This document shows, in pieces, positions 1-9,442 of a stretch of 64,000 bases of DNA. The number at the start of each line of letters is the position of its first letter. Position 1 is the first letter of the stretch. Below the pieces are notes generated by a model that did not search any database, was not told where the DNA came from, and was given only the letters and a program-made list of their open reading frames with translations. Origin of the DNA: Setoptus koraiensis (taxonomy: Eukaryota; Animalia; Arthropoda); the NCBI GenBank assembly GCA_048013815.1, contig CM106586.1, forward strand, positions 8,060,001-8,124,000. Reading direction: 5' to 3'. Made by a program: the position numbers and the translations under genes.

Positions 1-3000
1 ATGCGACAATAGAATTGAATAATGGGCAAGTGTCTATTGTGCAGATTGGCGCCAACGGGCCTGACGTCGAAGCGGGCCGCGAGCCGGCTGTTTGCTGCTT
101 GCTGGCCGCCACTATTGCGCAACAGCAACCTGTCGCTGTCATTAGCCGGCTCATTATATCGGCCGCCATTATATGTGTCGTTGTATCGGTTGTTGCGCCT
201 GTTGTTGTGTGCGCCGGCCCGGTCGCCATGACGACGCTCGCCGGAGCGTAACCCCTCATTATCCCCTGCGCCCGATAATGATTTGTCGCTGTCGTTGTTG
301 CCGCTGTTGTTGCTGTTGTTGCGGTTGTTGCTGTTGTTGTTGCTGCTGCCGCCGCTGTGGTTGTTGTTGCTGTGGTTGTGGCTGTTGTTGTGGCTGTTGT
401 TGGCCTTTGTGGCCGCTGTCGCGACCACCACCTGTTTGCTGGCGCTCGTATCCGCGTCTTGCCGGCGGCCGGCGTGATCCGCCGAGCCCGCGCCCGCTTG
501 GCAAGCTCGGCCCTGACACTGCAACTGACAGTGACAACTAAACTCTTGCAAATGGTCTGAGCGGCCGCTCACCGATTTGCAAGTTGCATCATCGTGGCCG
601 GCAGCAGCAAATTTGCATATTTGCTGCTGCTGGCCGCTGTTGTTGGCAGCGGCAAAATTTGCAAAACAAACAGCCGGCTGGCCGTCGCTTGACAAGTGGC
701 CATTAAATTGGCCACAATTGTCGTGACCGTGCGACAACTGACTCAAATCAATAGCAACATGCTCAAATAGGCGCTCAAATATTCTCTTGATTACGTCATG
801 CGGCGCTCGCTCGCCGGCATCGTTATCGTTGGCCTTGCTGGCCTTGTTGGCCAGCTCGCTGTCACTGTCCAGTGGCGAGCCGGTCAGCTGTTGCTGTTGT
901 CGTTGTTGCTGTTGTTGTTGTTGTCGTTGTTGTTGCTGTTGTTGTTGTTGTCGTTTCTGTTGTTGCTGCTGTTGTTTGTTTTGTTTTGTGTCGCTGTGTT
1001 TGGCAAGCCAGACGCATATCAGTCGGTGTAGCTGCGAGCCGTTCACCTCGACCGTGTGGCCCGCAAACAGATCAACTGGTTGCATTGCGTCATATCGTAT
1101 GCGAGTGACAAGCGCACCTTTTTGTCCTGTCTGTCTTGGCATCTTGTCTTGGCCGCTGGCCGCGTGGCGTCGCCCGCGTCGCGCTTCACCTGTCGCCGCC
1201 CGCTGACCCGAACGACAATGGTCGGCGTCGTTGTCGTCGTCGTCGTCGCTTGTGGCCAGCAAATATCGCACCGGATCGTGTTTGTCGCGACAGTCTCGAC
1301 TGCACTCGTCAGGCCAGAGATAATTCAAAACCTGCTCGTGTTCGTCTGTGTTGCGCTCGACGGCGCGCTGCCGCGAGCACATTTTGCACGTGCTGGTGTC
1401 GCTCAGCAGCGCGTCCACGTACGAATTCTGTTTGGCCAGTTGATTCACGTACACGTGGTGCAGGTAGCCGGTGAGCAGTTGCACCAGTTGGTCGAGCTGG
1501 TCGCTGTCGGCGTTTGCGCTTTTGTGGGCGCCGCTGGCGCGCAACTGGCCCTCGTAGTGGCGCCGTAATTGTTTGTGGCGCGTCAACAGGTCGCGATAGT
1601 AATGCGCAGCGGACAGCCACTTGGAGTCGCGTCGGTGCTTCAGGCAAACGGCCTCGCTCGTTGCGTCATACTCGGCCGTTGCGCCACGAGTTGAGGCTGC
1701 GTCACACGTGGCGCGCGCCGACGGACAGGTGATCTTGAGGGGCGCGTAGCGGTCGTAAATGAGCGTCGCGTAGGTGCACTTGTCGGCGCCGCTGTCGTGC
1801 CGCTGCTCGTGCTGCGCGTGCTGCTCGTGCTGCGCGACCGGACGCGACTGGAACAGCCAGTTGTCGTGCCAACTGCAGCCGTTTCCGGTCCAGTTGTTTG
1901 CTCTGTCGGCTCCGGCAGGGGCGCCCGTGTCGGCAATGGCACGCGCATAGGAATAGGTGAGAAATGCGAAGCCTCTGGCGCAGTCGTGCAACGACGACGA
2001 CGACAACAACTGACCGCATTCGTTGAATTCAATTTTATCACAATTTGCGCCCCCTAGTAGTAAGTCGGGCAGGCTAGTTAACGTGCTTTGTTTCATGTGA
2101 CAGTTTGTCGTCACATTGGTGGTCACTATGATGTTTTTGTTGGTCACCTGTTGCGCGGCCGGCGCCGGCGCTGATTCGTGCGCCGCCGCCGGGTCGTCGC
2201 CCGAATCAGTGGAATCTGTCGCGGCGGCCTGTTGCTCCTCCTCGACGAGCTCCACCGTTATTTTGATGTCGTCGTCGGGCTTGCCGCCGGCCTGCACATA
2301 CTCGAGGGCCGTTTTGAAGTGGTCCCTAACGGCGATTTCTAACAACTGTGGTGTCGATGAGTCGCCACTAGTCGTCTCGCTGTCTGAATGCTGGCTGTTT
2401 GAGTGGCGGCCGCCTAGCGGACAGTAGTAGTCGGTGATGGTGTTGCTCTCTAGGCCCTCTATCCACCATTTCTCGTTGTTTTCCAGCTGACTCAAGCGGC
2501 GCACTAATTTCTCAAATAAATCATATTCATTTGATTTATTTGATTTAGTGGCGCGGCCCAATGTTGTGATGCTGGCCAATGGCTGGCCGCTGGACAGCTC
2601 ACTGGGCGCTAATTGATGATAGTGATGCGAATCCAACAAAACTAGTTCATTATCGGCATCACCATCGTTGTCGTTGTCGTCATATTGCTGGTGCAGACTG
2701 GTTGCCAGTTGCTGCAATTGGTGCCGCTGCAACTGCAACTCAATCGCAGCCTCGTCGTAAGGCGACGACGATCTCGGCAACAACAACAAATGGTTGTTTT
2801 CTGGCTTGTTGTTGCGCAATCGTTTTCCATCAACAGTTGCCAACTGCAGCTTATGGTCGCAAGGGTTCAAGTTTAATTTGGCCGGCGCGTCTGTCGTCGT
2901 CGTGCTTGCTGTTGTGTCACTATAAATGATGTTGTTGTTGTTGTTGTTGCGCAACAGCAACAAATTATCTCTGTGGCGCTCCAGTGTTTGCTTGTCTCGG

Positions 3001-4904
3001 CGATAATCATCTCTCTCATCGTGATGATAAACATGATTATGCTCAACTTTGTGCCGATGCTGCTGATGATTATTATTAGTATTATTAGCGCTGTTAGTAT
3101 CAGTATCATCGCGCCGATTATGCAGATGATCATGATGCCGGCCATTACTCCGCTGCGCAGCGCCGCCATCGTCGTCATGTTGCTGTCGTTGTTGTTGCTG
3201 TTGTTTTTGTTGCTGTTGTTGCTCAGGTGAGTCGCTGTTGTCGTTGCTGTCGTTGCCGTTGTTGTTGCTGCTGTTGTCGCTGGCGCTGTTTTTGGTGCCG
3301 GCGAGCAAGTTTTGACTGCGGCTTGACGCCACAGTCTCGTTGCCGTGCACACCGATCACCGCCGGCCCGAAGAAACTGTCGCTAACGTCGCTGCTGTCGT
3401 TGCTGCTGCCGCTGCCGCTGTTGGACGACGTCACCGGCGACCCGGTCCCGACCGGACTGGTCACGTGCGACGCCCCAATCGATCGCCCGTCCTCCTGCTC
3501 GTCCGATGCCGCTGGCGCCAGCCTGTTGCTCGCGCTCACGCTCAGCATATTCATGCTCCTGTCGGCCCGCATGCCGCTACCCGATCCCGTCTGCAGGGGC
3601 GACCGGCCCGCAGGCCATTGGCCCGGCACGACGGCCGGCAGGAGATTTTGCGGCGCATACGAGCGACCACCATTCATTGTTTTGAGCGACCCGTTACTGG
3701 TGGCTCGCGAATCGTACCTCATGTGCCTGTGCGACGGGTGATCCGCGTCACCCGTCATCGGCGGGCCTCGTTTGGCCAGCGCTCGCTGACCGCTCAACGA
3801 GGCGCCCCTAATGAGATCAGTGTGTATTTGTTGCGATTGTCGGTCACTGGTCACTATCGGTCGAAAGTCGGGCCGGTGGAGCGGATTTATGGGCAGATAT
3901 TGCCAGCTCTTGCTGAGGCTGCTACCATCGTCGAGCGCATAAATCTCGTCCTCGTCCTGGTCTGGGTAGTCGTCGTAATTACTTCCGGTGCACGACCCCA
4001 AATTGTCTCGCTGTTGTCTTGTAGTGGTGATTCTGTTGAGCGTGCTAACAGCATAATGTTTGCTGTGAACATCGTCGTCGTCATTGTTGTTGTTGTTGTT
4101 GTTTGGCCAAACCTGCTGGTTGAAAGCGGAAAAGTCGCCGTTGAACTGTGTCAAACTGCTGAAACTGTTGCCCCTCGATGGGTGCTGTCGCCCCCCAGCG
4201 AGGAGCTGCTGCTGCTGATGATGATGTCGCCTCCGTGAATTACTGTTGTAGTTGGCCATAGATGCCGCCAGGTGACCTGTGCCGGCAAAGTGACTGGGGT
4301 GGTTGTGTGACTCGTTGGGGGCGCCCAAACACAGCGACTGCAGCGATTGCGAGCCGCAATTGGACGCGCCCGAAAATAAATTATAATTGCCGCTGCTGCT
4401 GCCAAAGCCGCTCGACGAGCCCGTGCCATTTGATGGCAACTGGGCCAGCGACGTGGCGCCGTAATTGGCCAGTTGGCTCACCTGTGGTGGCGGTTGTTGT
4501 TGACTGTTGTGCTTGTTGTATGTGATTGTTGTTGTTACTGTTGATTCGGCGCTCGTGTTGGTGTAGTCGTGCGCATGGTGACGCTTGTCCAGTTGCACAA
4601 CCGGAAACAGCGACTCGTCCATGGAGCCGCAGTCGCTGTGGGCGCCATTGTTGCTGTTATTGTTGTTGTTGTTAATGCTGTTGTTGTTGTTGTTGTTGTT
4701 GTTGTTGAGGTAATTGAGACTATTATCGGCTAATCGCGTGCCTCGCTTCTTTTTGGCCTCTGGCGTGATTTGGAGGTTGATGTTGGCCGGAATTGAAATT
4801 GGATGGCCGCCGGTGGTGATCACTTGATAGTGGTGATGGTCATCTTGATATTGTTGCAGTTGTTGCAGTTGTTGTCTTCTGTGTCTTCTGCTCAGCGTAT
4901 CCAT
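1..4904 (-). CDS. Uncharacterised large low-complexity protein; 3'-partial (frame is still open at the window edge)
   Basis: I checked one minus frame codon by codon: no stop from 5108 down to position 3. The first ATG is at 4904 in a strong context (ACG-ATG-G), giving MDTLSRRHRRQQLQQ... and 1,634 codons. Protein-like islands (EYDLFEKLVRRLSQLENNEKWWIEGL, RDHFKTALEYVQAGG, KWLSAAHYYRDLLTRHKQLRRHY, LVQLLTGYLHHVYVNQL, HDVIKRIFERLFEHVAIDLSQL) lie between N/Q/H/S tracts. An upstream exon cannot be excluded. Confidence 0.8.
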   Translation of the reverse strand, partial: MDTLSRRHRRQQLQQLQQYQDDHHHYQVITTGGHPISIPANINLQITPEAKKKRGTRLADNSLNYLNNNNNNNNNSINNNNNNSNNGAHSDCGSMDESLFPVVQLDKRHHAHDYTNTSAESTVTTTITYNKHNSQQQPPPQVSQLANYGATSLAQLPSNGTGSSSGFGSSSGNYNLFSGASNCGSQSLQSLCLGAPNESHNHPSHFAGTGHLAASMANYNSNSRRRHHHQQQQLLAGGRQHPSRGNSFSSLTQFNGDFSAFNQQVWPNNNNNNNDDDDVHSKHYAVSTLNRITTTRQQRDNLGSCTGSNYDDYPDQDEDEIYALDDGSSLSKSWQYLPINPLHRPDFRPIVTSDRQSQQIHTDLIRGASLSGQRALAKRGPPMTGDADHPSHRHMRYDSRATSNGSLKTMNGGRSYAPQNLLPAVVPGQWPAGRSPLQTGSGSGMRADRSMNMLSVSASNRLAPAASDEQEDGRSIGASHVTSPVGTGSPVTSSNSGSGSSNDSSDVSDSFFGPAVIGVHGNETVASSRSQNLLAGTKNSASDNSSNNNGNDSNDNSDSPEQQQQQKQQQQQRQQHDDDGGAAQRSNGRHHDHLHNRRDDTDTNSANNTNNNHQQHRHKVEHNHVYHHDERDDYRRDKQTLERHRDNLLLLRNNNNNNIIYSDTTASTTTTDAPAKLNLNPCDHKLQLATVDGKRLRNNKPENNHLLLLPRSSSPYDEAAIELQLQRHQLQQLATSLHQQYDDNDNDGDADNELVLLDSHHYHQLAPSELSSGQPLASITTLGRATKSNKSNEYDLFEKLVRRLSQLENNEKWWIEGLESNTITDYYCPLGGRHSNSQHSDSETTSGDSSTPQLLEIAVRDHFKTALEYVQAGGKPDDDIKITVELVEEEQQAAATDSTDSGDDPAAAHESAPAPAAQQVTNKNIIVTTNVTTNCHMKQSTLTSLPDLLLGGANCDKIEFNECGQLLSSSSLHDCARGFAFLTYSYARAIADTGAPAGADRANNWTGNGCSWHDNWLFQSRPVAQHEQHAQHEQRHDSGADKCTYATLIYDRYAPLKITCPSARATCDAASTRGATAEYDATSEAVCLKHRRDSKWLSAAHYYRDLLTRHKQLRRHYEGQLRASGAHKSANADSDQLDQLVQLLTGYLHHVYVNQLAKQNSYVDALLSDTSTCKMCSRQRAVERNTDEHEQVLNYLWPDECSRDCRDKHDPVRYLLATSDDDDDNDADHCRSGQRAATGEARRGRRHAASGQDKMPRQTGQKGALVTRIRYDAMQPVDLFAGHTVEVNGSQLHRLICVWLAKHSDTKQNKQQQQQQKRQQQQQQQQRQQQQQQQRQQQQLTGSPLDSDSELANKASKANDNDAGERAPHDVIKRIFERLFEHVAIDLSQLSHGHDNCGQFNGHLSSDGQPAVCFANFAAANNSGQQQQICKFAAAGHDDATCKSVSGRSDHLQEFSCHCQLQCQGRACQAGAGSADHAGRRQDADTSASKQVVVATAATKANNSHNNSHNHSNNNHSGGSSNNNSNNRNNSNNSGNNDSDKSLSGAGDNEGLRSGERRHGDRAGAHNNRRNNRYNDTYNGGRYNEPANDSDRLLLRNSGGQQAANSRLAARFDVRPVGANLHNRHLPIIQFYCR

Positions 4905-4991
4905 CGTATTGTGTGGCGCTGTGGTCGTGGTTGTTGTTGTTGTCGCTGTTGTTGTTGTCGCTGTTGATGTTGTGGTTGTTGTGCTGGTTGC

Positions 4992-5028
<37 letters not shown>

Positions 5029-5337
5029 TTTGTTGTTGTTGTGCTGGTGGTGACATTTGTCACCGTTGATGATGCTCTTGATTGTGTCAAGAGTGTGACA
5101 CACACAGATCAGATTGGCACTTTGTTGATTTGCGATCTTGATTGGCGCCCAGCAAGAGGCTCATCGCTGTTGTCAGTGTTGATGTTTCAACAACAACAAC
5201 GACGACAACAGCAACGATTATTCTGACAAATTATTAAATTTACACTTGCCCGTCTCGGCGACACTGACACTTGCAGAGCTTGTAGAGCAAAAACTGGAAC
5301 GTCATGCGACATGTTTCATTGCTTGCTGCTTTTAAGT

Positions 5338-5416
5338 ATTACGCAATATTTATATAAGTGAGCATGGCGCAATATATAAGTGAGTATTACGCAATATCTA
5401 GTGTGCATTACGTAAT
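5338..5416. promoter_or_regulatory. Cluster of C/EBP / PAR-bZIP-like sites upstream of the left-edge ORF
   Basis: ATTACGCAAT at 5338 and 5386, and ATTACGTAAT at 5407, lie 430-510 bp upstream of ATG 4904. Function is inferred from motif similarity only. Confidence 0.3.
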
Positions 5417-6329
5417 GTGTGTGCGTTGCTTGAGTGTGACAATGATGCTGCCTTTTGGTGATTTCACTTTGATTCGGGCCACTTGACGTTGATTCACTTG
5501 AAATCGGGCGACTTCGCTTCGAATTGGGCGACTTCACTCAAAATCGGGCGACTCGCTGGTGATATTACTATTATTATTGTATAGTTTATTGTGTATACGT
5601 TTATTTATGTGACCATCACTGGTGACCACAGAAGCCCAAGGTCGCAGAGACAAACTCACACTGACTGACTGCGGCGAGCGGCCACACTGACTGGCCAGTG
5701 GTCGCACTGGCGCCGACAGGTAACTCAGGTGAGCGCGGATAGCCGCAGAGTTAGTGGCGCTAGTGCAGCTAGTGCAGCTAGTGCAGCTAGTGGAGCTAGT
5801 GGAGATGCAAACGACACTGATTATAAATGTTGTTCATTAGTGGACCATACGCTGGCAGTTGTTGTGTCGTTGTTGGCGCGGCACATGCTAATGTTACATA
5901 ATAATAAGTGGATGACTGACTGACCAGGTTCGAGTGGCAAGTTGTTGCTGTTGTTGCTGTCGTTGCTGTCGTTGCTGTTGTTGCTGTTGTTGCTGTTGTT
6001 GCTGCTGTCGTTGGCTCAGTTCAGTTTCGTCTCGTCTCGTATCGCCGTCGTGTTGTCGCCGTGCTGCATGCGCTCGCTCGAATGCGTGAAGCCGCCACCA
6101 GGTAAGCGACTCTCAGGTAAGCAAACTGGCGCTGTTGCTGCTGCTGCTGCAAACTGATTTGCTGTGTGTGTCTGTGCGACTGTCCGACTGTCAAACGCAC
6201 TCGCATGCATAATGAGAGACCGAATGAGCGACTGGCCAGCAACTGCCAGATTCACCAACCAAAACCAACCAACAAAACCAACAACGGCAACAACAACAGC
6301 CACAACAACAACAGCCGCAACGGCAGCAG

Positions 6330-6361
<32 letters not shown>

Positions 6362-7259
6362 GCAACTACACCTCTGGCTGTGCTGGTGTGTTGACTACTA
6401 TTTGCCTACTATTTGCTCTGGCCGACAACAACTACATGAGTTATATAACTTGTCAGAGTGCGCGATAAGTGACTCATCGCGGCCAGTTGAGTCGCCCGTC
6501 TGAGCTTGTGTGAGAAAAGTCCGCCGTGCTCAATGTAAATGAGATGATGAGGCCGCCGGCAACAGCAGCAACAGCAGCAACAGCAACAACAGCAACAACA
6601 GCAACAACAGCAACAACAACAATGCCACGCTCTCTCCCTGTTGCTCGCTGTTACGTAACTCATGCAGCGGCACTTGTTGCTGTTGCTGTTGCGCAATAGC
6701 CCGTCCAGCCCAATCAATTTGAGCCGCACTCCGGCCACTTGACCAGCTAAGGCCGGCCCAGAGTTTTGGCAACGAACGACGAGCCAAAAGTGACTTGTAG
6801 CCAGCAGAGTCGCCGGCTCATTATTAATGAGCGGCCAAAGAGTGGACTCAAGCGCTAAATTAGCAGCACCATTTTAAATACTCTGCCGCTCACTTTTGCG
6901 CCACTGGCCGCCACTCCAACGGCTGTCGGCACTGACCGGTCCAGTTGAGCCCTGCTCTCCCTCAGCCAATCCCTCATTTGATGGCCACACCAGGCAAAAG
7001 CGAAAGAAAATTCTCGCCAGAAGCTCTTGCGCCAAACGAGAGCAAAAACCAAACAGAAATATCCCCGACATGAGGGCGCAATACCCCGACAATGAGGGCG
7101 CAATACCCCGACAGTGCAAGGCACAAGCAACGAATGTAATGTAATGTAATGCAATAGCAAATGGCAAACAACAGGGCCAAACAAGCGCCGAGGAGCCGGG
7201 CGCCATCTCACGGCCACTAATTAGAGCCGCCATTAGCACAATTTATGGTTAATCGGTTT

Positions 7260-7272
7260 TTTATTTTTTATT
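7260..7272 (-). terminator. Candidate polyadenylation signals of RasGRF
   Basis: Two AATAAA hexamers on the minus strand (7265-7260, 7272-7267), about 740 nt past the stop at 8003. Confidence 0.45.
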
Positions 7273-7594
7273 TTTGTTGTTTATCATCAACGCTCTTGTC
7301 AGCATGCGATTGTCATTGTAATTGTTGGCAACTGTTGCTCAATTTGCTCGCTCGCTCGCTGCCAACGTGACAGGTCGTGTCGTCATGACATGGTGTCGTC
7401 GTTGGCACAAACGTCAAAACGACGTCATAAAGTAGCGGTCATCTTTTTTGGTCGCTCGCATAAAACTCGTTTGAACTCGTAAAGCCGCTTGGCTGGCCGT
7501 TTTGACAACTGACAAAATACATAATTGCACAGAGATCGCTCGCTCTTGTGCGCTTCAAATTGATTGTTTTGCCGGCGCAATCTCATTGTTTCGG

Positions 7595-7658
7595 CCGCTG
7601 TCACTGTCGACCGCTGTCACTGTCGACCGCTGTCACTGTCGACCGCTGTCACTGTCGG
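7595..7658. repeat. 16-bp minisatellite x4 (CCGCTGTCACTGTCGA)
   Basis: Four near-perfect tandem units read directly; they lie in the presumed RasGRF 3' UTR. Confidence 0.9.
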
Positions 7659-7720
7659 CATTCGCAACGCTTCAACAGCAGCCATCGATTTGTGTCGGAT
7701 TAGCGACACAAACAAACATC

Positions 7721-7774
7721 TGACAGCTGACAGCTGTTTGTGACAGCCGTTTGTGACAGCCGTTTGTGACAGCT
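7721..7774. repeat. Short tandem array built on TGACAG (13-bp unit TGACAGCCGTTTG)
   Basis: TGACAG at 7721, 7728, 7741, 7754 and 7767. Confidence 0.8.
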
Positions 7775-8002
7775 GAGTTACGTTGTCAGCGGGCTGGCAC
7801 AGTCGGCATGCCCACCAACGTCATGGGTCACACACACACAGCTGATTGTCAGTGATTCGCGTTGACCGGATCACTCTCTTGTCAGCGGCTGGGAGTCGCG
7901 GCTCAATTAACTGTCCACTTGGCAGCGCATCCAACAGGTTGCTAGTGAATATTGTTGCCGCTCATACGTGACGTAATCCAATTAGAGGCGCGACAACAAC
8001 AG

Positions 8003-8800
8003 TCACACATGATCCGTCATATTGGGGCCGCTCAGCTGTTGATCAGCTGGCGTTGGCAGCTTGTTGTTTGACTTGGCGCCGCTAGACTTGCGACTGTCAC
8101 TGCTAGTTGTTGTTGTTGTTTGCTGTTGGCCACTGTAATCAGCTGTGTTGCTGTTGTCGCCCGACATAACGTTGCTGCTGCTGCCAACGCTGACAGCTGT
8201 GTCAAATTGATGATTGACACTGGACGATGAGGCCGATGTGTCCTGTGCTGCTTGTTGCTTTGATGTCACTGTTGTTGCCATTGTTGTTGCTGCTGTTGTT
8301 GTTGATGACGCAACCGAACTGGCACTGTTACAAATGACACTTAACTCGTTGGGTGGCGTTGTTGCGGTGCTTGCAGCGTGGCCGCCGCCGCAGCTTGCCG
8401 CTGCGGTGCCGCCGGGCGCGGGCGTTGGGGCGGGCGTGGGCGTCGCCGCGGGTGTCGGTGTTGTGCTGCTGTTGTTGTTGTTGTTGTTGTTGAGATTTAT
8501 TGACGAGGGCGACGACGGAACAAGACTGTTGTTGCTGTTGGTCACGTGCTGCTGCTGCTGTTGTTGTTGTCCCGGCGCGGCTATGTTCAAATTGATGTTC
8601 ATGTTCATATTCAGACTTTCCTCCATTTTCTTTCTGTTTTTACTGGACAATCGGGGCTCGATCGTCAGCGACAGCCTGTACATTTGTTCGTCTTGCAAGT
8701 GCCGCGAACTGTCCAGCAGATAATTGGCGACGCGCTGGTTCAGGTCGATCTTGTAGCTGCCATTTTGCAGATGCTGTATCTCTCTGATGACGTGCGCAAT
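8003..8800 (-). CDS. RasGRF: RasGRF exon 11: end of CDC25 (RasGEF) domain plus low-complexity tail
   Basis: Acceptor CAG (8803-8801), phase 0. IAHVIREIQHLQNGSYKIDLNQRVANYLLD...LSLTIEPRL matches the RasGRF C-terminus. Stop TGA at 8005-8003. Confidence 0.92.
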   Translation of the reverse strand: MAHVIREIQHLQNGSYKIDLNQRVANYLLDSSRHLQDEQMYRLSLTIEPRLSSKNRKKMEESLNMNMNINLNIAAPGQQQQQQQHVTNSNNSLVPSSPSSINLNNNNNNNSSTTPTPAATPTPAPTPAPGGTAAASCGGGHAASTATTPPNELSVICNSASSVASSTTTAATTMATTVTSKQQAAQDTSASSSSVNHQFDTAVSVGSSSNVMSGDNSNTADYSGQQQTTTTTSSDSRKSSGAKSNNKLPTPADQQLSGPNMTDHV

Positions 8801-8809
8801 CTGCATCGC

Positions 8810-8885
8810 GATCATTTTCGCATTTACAGACAATTTTCGCATTCACAGACAATTTTCGCATTTGGAGACAATTTTCACATGTTGA
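8810..8885. repeat. Degenerate ~20-bp tandem repeat (ACAATTTTCGCATT core) in RasGRF intron 10
   Basis: About four imperfect copies next to the exon 11 acceptor. Confidence 0.6.
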
Positions 8886-9024
8886 CGCAATGGTGCCAAT
8901 TTGCATAACAGCAACGCCGATTTGCATAATAATTGTAACGATAGGGGGCGAGAATAACAGTAACAATTAGCATTATGTAAAATTGGCGACAATTAGCGTT
9001 TGAGTGGCAATCACTCGTACTGAC

Positions 9025-9222
9025 CATGCGCATCTTTGAAAAGTTTAGCAGTCCCTCCGGCGAGAAGTTGGGCGTGCCCTCCTCGATGAAGGACAGGTCC
9101 GTCAGGTACATGCCCACGTAGGGTATGCAGGGCGGGTCGCACCGGCTGATGGCGTCGCGCATGTTTCTGAAGCGGCTGTCCGTGCTCACCAGGTTCTGCA
9201 GCTGATCGATGGTGGTGCGCGT
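9025..9222 (-). CDS. RasGRF: RasGRF exon 10: CDC25 domain
   Basis: CAG acceptor (9225-9223), GTCAGT donor at 9024, phase 0/0. TRTTIDQLQNLVSTDSRFRNMRDAISRCDPPCIPYVGMYLTDLSFIEEGTPNF...NFSKMRM contains the canonical PCxPYxGMYLTDL RasGEF motif. Confidence 0.96.
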
Positions 9223-9442
9223 CTGCCGTTTAGATTGCCGGGCCGGAAGCAGTTCGCGCAGTGACCGGAAGTGCACACAGTCATTGTGCGGTTGGGTATT
9301 GAGAAGGAGGAGATTGCGAGATTAGTTTACACGACTTCACAGAATAGATTATACCGGGCATTATATTATGCTGGGCATTATATTATACCCAGTAAGCAGT
9401 GGGTATAATATAATGTGGGTATAATATAAGGCGGGGGCTTAC

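Noticed and set aside
5926-6112. Q-rich open minus frame ending at a GTCAGT donor, as an upstream exon of the left-edge gene
   Set aside because: No ATG, no convincing acceptor, and no verified phase-matched acceptor before 4904; cannot be supported without RNA data.
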